Positions 17,280-23,758 of a DNA stretch of 23,758 bases are shown piece after piece (the first letter of the stretch is position 1; each line of letters begins with the position of its first letter). Location: positions 1-23,758 of the forward strand of contig JBGQGY010000047.1 of NCBI GenBank assembly GCA_041497675.1, in the 5' to 3' direction. A model generated the notes under the pieces. It was not told the DNA's origin and did no database searches. It was given only the letters and a program-made list of their open reading frames with translations. The DNA is from a bacterium (GTDB lineage Bacteria; Sysuimicrobiota; Sysuimicrobiia; Sysuimicrobiales; Humicultoraceae). The position numbers and the translations under genes are program-made.

Positions 17280-18819
17280 CAAAGGCTGGACGCTCGCCGC
17301 CGCGATCCTGGGCTCGGGGATCGTGTTTCTGGACAGCACCGTCATCACCGTTGCGCTTCCTAAGATCGGTCAGACGCTGCCGACGCGGTTGTTTGGGGTG
17401 CTCGAAGGGCAGTCGTACGTGTACTACGGGTATCTGTTGACGCTCAGCTCGCTCCTGATTCTGGGCGGCGCGTTGAACGACGCCTACGGCCGGCGCCGCA
17501 CGTTCGCACTTGGTCTGGCCGCGTTTGGCGCGACGTCGGTCCTCTGCGGGCTCGCGCCGACGGTGGAGGCGCTCATCGCCTTCCGGCTGCTCCAGGGCGC
17601 GGCCGGCGCGCTGCTCGTGCCGGGTTCGCTCTCGCTGATCACAGCAACGTTCGACGGGGAGGAGCAGGGCCGGGCGTTTGGTATCTGGGCCGGCGCCTCC
17701 GGTGCGACGACGATCCTCGGCCCGGTGATCGGCGGCATTCTGGTCGACGCGATCTCCTGGCGCACGGTCTTCTTGATCAACGCGCCCCTGGTCGCATTGG
17801 CGCTGTGGGCGACGTTGCGACACGTCGATGAGAGTCACGGTGCCCGCGACACGGGGCACTTTGACTGGACCGGCGCCCTGGTGGGCGCGCTGGCGGTGGG
17901 CGGGCTCACGTTTGGGCCGATCTATGGACAGCAGCGCAACTGGCAGCACCCATTGGCGTTCGTCGCCCTGGGGATTGGCGCGCTGGCGGCGGTCGCGTTC
18001 CCCTGGCTGATGGCGCGCAAGACGCACCCGCTGGTGCCGCTTGACCTGTTCCGGTCGCGGAACTTCACGATCACGAACCTCTCGACGTTCGTCATCTACG
18101 GCGCGCTGTATGTCACGCTGTACTACGTGCTGTTGTTCATGCAGGGCACGCTGGGATACTCGGCCGCGGCGGCCGGTCTGGCGATCGACCCCACCACGAT
18201 CTTCTTGGTGTTCTTTTCGGCCCGGATCGGCGTGCTCGCCAGGCGGTATGGCCCCAGGTGGTTCATGGCAGCGGGTCCGGCGATCATGGCCCTCGGCCTG
18301 CTATGGCTCGCCCGGGTGCCGTCGTCGAGCGCGCCGTGGGTCATCGCACCGGGCGTGGCGGCCTCGTACCTGCCCCACGGCGGCGACTATCTGGCGCACT
18401 TTCTCCCCGGGTTCGTCCTCTTTGGGATCGGCTTGGCGGTCATGGTCGCGCCGCTCACGACCTGCCTCATGACGTCGGTCCCGGTGGGCCGCGCGGGTGT
18501 CGGGTCGGCCATCAACAACGCGATCTCCCGGGTCGGACCGCAACTGGCCGGCGCGCTCATCTTCATGGCGATCACGGCGAGTTTCTATGGGGATCTGTCG
18601 CAGCGGGTGCTGGGACTCGACCCATTCTCGCCACTGGTGAGGGCGAAGATCGCCCCGTTGAACCGGCCCGCGGCGGATGTGCCGGCCGAGCAGGCAGCGG
18701 CGGCGCGCGAGGCCTCAACCGGCGCGTATCATCTGGCGATGCTCCTGGGCGCGGCGCTGTTGGCAGCGGGCGCAGTGATCAATGCCGTGGGGATTCGCAA
18801 CCCGGAGCCCGGCGGATAG
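17272..18819 (+). CDS. MFS transporter, DHA2 (14-TMS) drug:H+ antiporter type
   Basis: LDSTVITVALP, motif A (GGALNDAYGRRR), RLLQGAAGA, GPVIGG...WRTVFLIN and PLVPLDLFRSRNF. Overlaps the DUF418 stop. Confidence 0.9.
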   Translation: MGSKGWTLAAAILGSGIVFLDSTVITVALPKIGQTLPTRLFGVLEGQSYVYYGYLLTLSSLLILGGALNDAYGRRRTFALGLAAFGATSVLCGLAPTVEALIAFRLLQGAAGALLVPGSLSLITATFDGEEQGRAFGIWAGASGATTILGPVIGGILVDAISWRTVFLINAPLVALALWATLRHVDESHGARDTGHFDWTGALVGALAVGGLTFGPIYGQQRNWQHPLAFVALGIGALAAVAFPWLMARKTHPLVPLDLFRSRNFTITNLSTFVIYGALYVTLYYVLLFMQGTLGYSAAAAGLAIDPTTIFLVFFSARIGVLARRYGPRWFMAAGPAIMALGLLWLARVPSSSAPWVIAPGVAASYLPHGGDYLAHFLPGFVLFGIGLAVMVAPLTTCLMTSVPVGRAGVGSAINNAISRVGPQLAGALIFMAITASFYGDLSQRVLGLDPFSPLVRAKIAPLNRPAADVPAEQAAAAREASTGAYHLAMLLGAALLAAGAVINAVGIRNPEPGG

Positions 18820-18902
18820 TCCTGTCATGAACGGTTCGTTCGCCATCGGCCAATCGTCTCGAGCTTCGATCTCAAGGATGTAGGCTCATGCCCGGAACGC
18901 CC

Positions 18903-18928
18903 GGAACCTTTGCCATCTCACCCACGTA
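18903..18928 (+). promoter_or_regulatory. Putative ECF-sigma promoter for the FecR/DUF6600-like gene
   Basis: GGAACC (18903-18908), 16-bp spacer, CGTA (18925-18928). SD GGAGG lies near 18953-18957. Confidence 0.6.
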
Positions 18929-18966
18929 TCTAGGCGAAGGACCGCAGTCTAGGGAGGAATCTCGTC

Positions 18967-21006
18967 ATGCGTTTCACACAGTCTGTCGTCGGCGTCATCG
19001 CGCTCCTCGCGCTGATCCTGACCCCGCTGGCTCCGACGTCACGGTCGGGCAGCATCGCCCTGGCCCAAACTCCGGATCCGCCCGCCCGGGTTGGGCGTCT
19101 GAATTACCTCAGCGGGCAAGTATCGTTTGCCCCGGGAGGGATGAACGAGTGGGCGCCCGCCATCCTCAACTATCCGTTGACGACGGGCACCGCCCTGTGG
19201 ACGGATGACAACGCCCGCGCCGAGTTCCACGTGGGATCGACGGCGATCCGCATGGATCAGACGACCGAGGTCGATATTCTCAACCTCGACGATCAGACCA
19301 CGCAGCTGCGTGTCCCTCAGGGGACTGTCGACATCGGCCTACACCAGCTGGCGGCCGGTGAGCAGTTTGAGGTGGACACGCCATCGGCGGCCATCACGTT
19401 GGTGCGCGCGGGCCGCTACCGGGTCGCCATTGACGAGAACCAGTCCACGCGCATTACGGTGTGGTCTGGCCAGGTCGACGTCGCGACCTCTAGTCAGAGT
19501 TTCGTCGTCAATACCGGCCAGACGGCCATCATCTCAGACAACAACGTGTCGCCGTACCAGATCGTGCCCACCGCAGGGCTCGACGCATTTGGACAGTGGT
19601 CTTTGGCTCGTTGGCAACGGGAAACCCAGGCGCTCCAGGTCGCCACGCAATACGTGCCGGCGACGATGACGGGCTTTGAAGACATGGCCTATTACGGCAC
19701 GTGGCGCACCGCCGGAGGATACGGGAATGCCTGGTTCCCGAGGGTGCAGTCGGATTGGGCACCGTATCGCCATGGGCGATGGGTGTACGTGTCGCCCTGG
19801 GGCTGGACCTGGATCGATAATGCTCCGTGGGGCTTCGCGCCGTCCCACTACGGCCGGTGGATACTTATCGGCGGCCAGTGGGCGTGGATTCCCGGTCCGG
19901 TGGCCAGCCGGCCGATCTTTGCTCCGGCCCTCGTGGTCTTCGTGGTCCTCACGGGTGGGGGCGTCGGATGGTTCCCGCTGGCGCCGCGCGAGGTGTACGT
20001 CCCACCGTACTACGTCAGCCCGACCTACTACCGAACCATCAACATCACGGTCGTGAACGTGACTGTCGTGAACGTGACGAACGTCACGTACGTCTATCGC
20101 CACTTGCCCAGGGCCGTCACGGTAGTTCGGCAGGAAGCTTTCCTTCGCTCCGACCCGGTCGCCCGGTCCATCATGGTGGTCCGAAAGCCCGAGATCGACA
20201 ACGCGAGAGTTGCCGCCTCGGCCTCACCGCAGCCGACCCTCCCAAGTATGCTCGGACATTCGGGTCCGGCGGTGGCGCATAGGCCGCCCGCAGCCCTGCA
20301 GGAGCGCGCTGTGGTGATCAGGACCATTCCGCCGACGCCGGTCGCGCCGCCGGCGGTTATCCAGCGGGTCCGGGTGAGGACGGCCCCGGTGAAACCGGCC
20401 GCCGACTCTCGTCGAACCCCTGCGCCGACGCCGCGGTCTCTTGCAACAACGCCGCAGCCTGCCCAGACTCAGCCCGCCCGACCATCGCCGCGGTCGACGC
20501 GAACGGCACCGCAGACGGTGGCGCCGACGTCCATTCCATCCCAGCGCGCGGTCCCGACGCCGCGTTCGAGGCCAACGCCGCAGTCGGTACAGCCGACGCA
20601 GCCCGCCGCGCCGCAGCCGACGCCAAGGGCACCGCAGACGGTAGCGCCGACGCCCATTCCATCTCAGCCTCCTGCCCCGACGCCACGTTCGAGACCAACG
20701 CCGCAGTCGGTACAGCCGACGCAGCCGGCCGCGCCGCAGCCGACGCCAACGGTAGCGCAAACGGTGGCGCCGACGCCCATTCCATCCCAGCCGCAGGTCC
20801 CGACGCCACGTTCGAGGCAAACGCCGCAGCCGGTACAGCCGACGCAGCCCATCACGCCGCAGCCGACGCCAAGGGCACCGCAGACGGTGGCGCCGACGCC
20901 CATTCCATCTCAGCCTCCGGCCCCGACGCCGCGTTCGAGGCCGACGCCACGTCCGAGACCGACACCACATCCGAGACCGACGCCCACGCCCACAGGCGCG
21001 AGGTAA
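18967..21006 (+). CDS. Exported FecR-domain/DUF6600-like protein with a Pro/Thr/Gln-rich repetitive tail
   Basis: Signal-peptide-like N-terminus, DPPARVGRL motif, FecR-like beta region (FEVDTPSAAI...GRYRV), aromatic-rich region (WAPYRHGRW...WGWTW...PWGFAPSHYGRW, GWFPLAPRE) and low-complexity C-terminus. Confidence 0.8.
   Translation: MRFTQSVVGVIALLALILTPLAPTSRSGSIALAQTPDPPARVGRLNYLSGQVSFAPGGMNEWAPAILNYPLTTGTALWTDDNARAEFHVGSTAIRMDQTTEVDILNLDDQTTQLRVPQGTVDIGLHQLAAGEQFEVDTPSAAITLVRAGRYRVAIDENQSTRITVWSGQVDVATSSQSFVVNTGQTAIISDNNVSPYQIVPTAGLDAFGQWSLARWQRETQALQVATQYVPATMTGFEDMAYYGTWRTAGGYGNAWFPRVQSDWAPYRHGRWVYVSPWGWTWIDNAPWGFAPSHYGRWILIGGQWAWIPGPVASRPIFAPALVVFVVLTGGGVGWFPLAPREVYVPPYYVSPTYYRTINITVVNVTVVNVTNVTYVYRHLPRAVTVVRQEAFLRSDPVARSIMVVRKPEIDNARVAASASPQPTLPSMLGHSGPAVAHRPPAALQERAVVIRTIPPTPVAPPAVIQRVRVRTAPVKPAADSRRTPAPTPRSLATTPQPAQTQPARPSPRSTRTAPQTVAPTSIPSQRAVPTPRSRPTPQSVQPTQPAAPQPTPRAPQTVAPTPIPSQPPAPTPRSRPTPQSVQPTQPAAPQPTPTVAQTVAPTPIPSQPQVPTPRSRQTPQPVQPTQPITPQPTPRAPQTVAPTPIPSQPPAPTPRSRPTPRPRPTPHPRPTPTPTGAR
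20506..20949 (+). repeat. Coding tandem repeat, 123-bp (41-aa) unit, about 3.6 copies
   Basis: Units start at 20506, 20629, 20752 and 20875 (e.g. APQTVAPTPIPSQPPAPTPRSRPTPQSVQPTQPAAPQPTP), followed by short RPTP-type repeats. Confidence 0.9.
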
Positions 21007-21161
21007 AGGACACGAGGCTCGCCGACATCTGACGTGAGGTGAGAGACAGGACCTTGACCTAAAGTGGCTCGGCGGACGCCGTCAGCGCAGGTAACAGGCT
21101 CAAGATCAACATGAGAATTCCGATCAAACGGACGCTCATCGACGGTCAGCAGCCGCGCTGT

Positions 21162-21548
21162 TTATTTGCACTCGCACAGGTCGTCGAGAGTGCCAAGAAG
21201 GTATCGTCCAAAGATTAGGATGATGATAAGCGCCGTCGGCTGACTGACGTGCAGCCGTTCGGCTACGACCGCGGCGAGCGCCGCCATCAGTTCTGCGCTC
21301 CTGGAATACTTCTTGCGCTTCCTGCAGTAGGCCCAACCCTGACAGATGATGCCCGGCAGCGCTTTTGCGTACCTATCGTAGCGTTGACGCCCTCGCGTCC
21401 GGCGCACGGTTCGAGGGGTGAGGGACGGTAGTTGGAGACGCAACGTTGTAGTTTGCCCGGCTCGTTTGTCCAGCTCAATGAGCAGCGCGTCGGTAGACAC
21501 TTTTTGCAAGCGGTGGAGTTTGAGGGCGTTGCGTTGAGGCGCGCGCAT
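21162..21548 (-). CDS. Hypothetical basic protein with a hydrophobic C-terminal segment
   Basis: 128-aa ORF from ATG 21548 with GGTGA upstream. No recognisable family. Confidence 0.4.
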   Translation of the reverse strand: MRAPQRNALKLHRLQKVSTDALLIELDKRAGQTTTLRLQLPSLTPRTVRRTRGRQRYDRYAKALPGIICQGWAYCRKRKKYSRSAELMAALAAVVAERLHVSQPTALIIILIFGRYLLGTLDDLCECK

Positions 21549-22108
21549 TGTTTCACCGAGCGAACGGTGAAACCCTTGATCAATGGAGCCGCCGACCGGA
21601 GTCGAAGCATCTTCCGCTGAGGCTCGGGCGAGCCGCAGCGGCACAGGGCAACGACCTACTCGCTCATGTTCACGAAGCCGCGAGGACCACCTCCACCGCC
21701 TGACTGTCCGATGCCCAAGCCTTGCCTCGTGGCTCACTCGCGTGGGCGGAAGACACTTGGGAAGAGAGGCTAGCCGAAGAACGCGATAAGGGACTCGTTC
21801 TCATGCGGGGGCAACTGCCGGACGACTGCCAGAAGGCGTACTGAGGCCAGCGCGGGCAGTGGTACCCGTTCCAAGCGGTCAGGACGGCCGCGGGGCGCCG
21901 CGCGGCAGGGCCGGTGCGTAGCCTGCACAAGCAATCTTCTTGACGGGTTGGAAGCATCCCGAGTGCCAGTCTTTTGACCCTCGGTCGAGGTGACCGAAAG
22001 GGCCATTGGGGCGATCTCCTGCTCTGGCCTCAGGGAGGAGAGCGCCTGCTGGACTTCGAAGAACCGGCCAGCACTCCCGAGCGATGACAGAAGAAGGGGT
22101 GTCTGGAC

Positions 22109-22546
22109 ATGGCGAGGACCTTGTCGGTGGTCGTCGTCCTCGGGCTGACGCTCACACTTTCCACCTCAGTCATGGTTGCTACTCAACCAATGATCAAACT
22201 TTCGATTGCGTCTGGACAGTGGGCATATGGCTGCTTCACTTTCGAGGGGTCCGCCCGCAGCGTGGCTCGTGGGCGAATTTTGGTCCAACGATCCGCATCG
22301 TGATCTACACACCACACAACACTCTCGTGGGGATGACACGACTTGGCCGAAGGGACAGTACCTAAGCCGAATGAATCGGGAACCGCGACAGCCTTTCGGC
22401 TGAGCGAAATGTCCCCGAGCCACGTTAAAGGAGTCGCCTGGTCTGTCTACGTGAATGAGCTTCCCCACAAGATCGCGTTCGTCCGGACGAGGGGTCGCGC
22501 GGGCTACTTCTCCTGCGCCGAGTACGCTTCATTGTGCGGAAAATGA
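22109..22546 (+). pseudogene. Probable exported protein (FxLYD-like pattern) broken by about three -1 frameshifts
   Basis: SD plus signal peptide at 22109. Protein-like segments continue in successive frames and return to the original frame, ending at the TGA at 22546. Confidence 0.45.
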
Positions 22547-22582
22547 TCACTGTCTTACGGAGGAGAGGCAGGCGGTGGAGCG

Positions 22583-23059
22583 ATGGGTTTGACGGAAGAG
22601 GAGCGTAGGAAGATTTACGAAGAGGAGAAGGCGCGGGAGGACGCCCGTCGCCAGATCCAGGCCGAGCGCCAGCGCATCTACGAAGAGGAGAAGATGCGGC
22701 TCGAGGGCACGCAGGCTCAGCCCGCCCCCACTTCCACCCTCGGAACCCAAAGTCAACAGCAGGTGATCAACAGCGGCTCCTGGGGCGCTGGGGGCTTTGG
22801 GTTCATCTATCTACTCTCAATGAAAGCCTACACCCACGCCATCGTGAGCTTCGTCCTCTCCCTCATACCTATCGTCAACATCGTGGTGTTTGTCTACTAT
22901 GTCATCAACGGCAAGCGGCTGGCCTGGGCAAACCGGCAGTGGCAGGGGTTTGATGACTTCCTTTCGTGCCAGCGCATCTGGGATAGGTGGGCAAAGTGGT
23001 GGTTCGGCATCTTGGTTGTCTCGGCGATCCTCTACGCGGTTTCCGCTGTCCCGCAGTGA
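22583..23059 (+). CDS. Small membrane protein with a charged N-terminal repeat
   Basis: AGGAGAGG/GGAG upstream, duplicated ER..IYEEEK, SWGAGGFG motif, hydrophobic helices and GKRLAWANRQW..F..F...Q..W motif. Confidence 0.75.
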   Translation: MGLTEEERRKIYEEEKAREDARRQIQAERQRIYEEEKMRLEGTQAQPAPTSTLGTQSQQQVINSGSWGAGGFGFIYLLSMKAYTHAIVSFVLSLIPIVNIVVFVYYVINGKRLAWANRQWQGFDDFLSCQRIWDRWAKWWFGILVVSAILYAVSAVPQ

Positions 23060-23070
23060 CGGCTTGATGA

Positions 23071-23415
23071 GCGCCGCACTCCTACAACGTGACGCAGCGC
23101 GACTTCCGGCGTGTGCTGGACCTGGAAAGCCCGCGGGCTGAACTGCGGAAGCAGGGTGTGGCTGAAGACGCCCTGCCGAGGGGTCTGCCGCGTATCCGAT
23201 TCCACGACCTGCGCCACACGTCGGCTACCCTCTTACTCCAAGAGAACGTCCACCCCAAGGTCGTGTCGGAGCGGTTGGGACACTCGGGCATCAGGATCAC
23301 GCTCGACATCTACAGCCACGTCTTACCGGGGATGCAAGAGCAGGCGGCGCAGACGCTTGAGGCCTCAAGCAAGCTCAAGCGTGGGGGCGTTCGTGTCGAA
23401 CGCGTCAAGAGTTAA
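23071..23415 (+). pseudogene. Tyrosine integrase C-terminal fragment
   Basis: LPRIRFHDLRHTSATLLL...HPKVVSERLGHS.I.ITLDIYSHV contains the HxxR, H and Y catalytic residues. In-frame TGA at 23068-23070; the N-terminal domains and first catalytic Arg are missing. Confidence 0.85.
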
Positions 23416-23659
23416 CGATGAGTACCCACAACCACAAGCCAATGAGACCGAACGCCGTCGCCGCGAGGCCGGCTATCACGTACCTGACGGGTTCGTGAGC
23501 TCTCCGCGCCAGTACAACGGTTGCAATGCCCGATACGACGCCTGCGAGCGGTGCCCAGACCCATTGAGGGTCAACAGTGTTAGAGAGGCCGTAGATGCCG
23601 ATAAGATCCAGACCCATCGCGACCACGCCGAGCTTGCGTGAGAGATCGCCAGTTGCCAC
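23405..23659 (-). CDS. Hypothetical 84-aa membrane protein (about 3 TM segments)
   Basis: GTG start after AAGGGTG, three hydrophobic stretches, convergent overlap with the integrase fragment end. Confidence 0.55.
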   Translation of the reverse strand: MATGDLSRKLGVVAMGLDLIGIYGLSNTVDPQWVWAPLAGVVSGIATVVLARRAHEPVRYVIAGLAATAFGLIGLWLWVLIVNS

Positions 23660-23758
23660 TTGTCACCCTTCTTCAGGTGCCGGCATCGATGTTCATGGAA
23701 CTCGCCACGAACTCCCATTGTGACGTCGAGAGATAACCATCCCCGTTGCCCCGTTGCC

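Larger units (their letters stand above)
21100..23758. mobile_element. Degenerate integrated-element or accessory region (boundaries approximate)
   Basis: Integrase remnant, short orphan ORFs, lower coding density and visibly less GC-biased codons than the housekeeping block. Confidence 0.5.

Noticed and set aside
20506..20949. Possible CRISPR array
   Set aside because: The units are contiguous 123-bp in-frame coding repeats with no unique spacers, and no cas genes are present.
20224..20970. Arg/Trp-rich repetitive minus-strand ORF, plus a Cys/Gly/Val-rich one at 20664-20903
   Set aside because: These are reverse-strand readings of the Pro/Thr/Gln repeats in the 18967-21006 gene.
21053..21075. 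MerR/SoxR-like promoter start TTGACCTAAAGT
   Set aside because: No dyad symmetry, no -10 at 19-bp spacing and no downstream plus-strand gene.
21670..22006. Short minus-strand ORFs 21670-21957 and 21770-22006
   Set aside because: They overlap, have no recognisable motifs and show no convincing codon bias, so neither can be supported.
14826..23758. tRNA genes or an att site expected after sigH or near the integrase
   Set aside because: No cloverleaf or T-loop with a matching acceptor stem, and no flanking direct repeat found by eye. tRNAscan-SE or ARAGORN would be decisive.
23741..23758. CCCCGTTG tandem repeat at the window end
   Set aside because: Only about two short copies, truncated by the window edge, so it cannot be interpreted.

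Overview
GC-rich bacterial chromosomal window. Bases 1-15000 are a housekeeping block with Firmicutes-like gene order: ftcD (partial), hutI, birA, a conserved 'quinate 5-dehydrogenase'-like gene, greA, clpC, radA, a divergent Cys-rich/MazG-like gene, PIN/TRAM (yacL-like), fused ispD-ispF, a hypothetical gene, cysS, rlmB, sigH and a small zinc-ribbon ORF. The usual neighbours lysS, ctsR-mcsA-mcsB, disA, carD, gltX-cysE, mrnC and yacP are absent. Next come moaA (minus strand), a DUF418 membrane protein, a DHA2-type MFS transporter and an exported FecR/DUF6600-like protein with a 123-bp-repeat Pro/Thr/Gln tail. From about 21100 the window is accessory DNA with small membrane or exported ORFs, a probably frameshifted gene and a tyrosine-integrase C-terminal remnant. 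I found no tRNA, rRNA or CRISPR array and no complete new multi-gene system. The most notable signals are: a CysRS whose KMSKS loop reads EMHRH; a clpC control region without ctsR that carries sigmaH-like and ECF-like promoters and an SD-occluding hairpin; an SD-occluding hairpin on sigH; a probable ATT start codon on the DUF418 gene; and a palindromic bidirectional extended -10 between moaA and the DUF418 gene. All family calls come from motif recognition by eye, not database searches.
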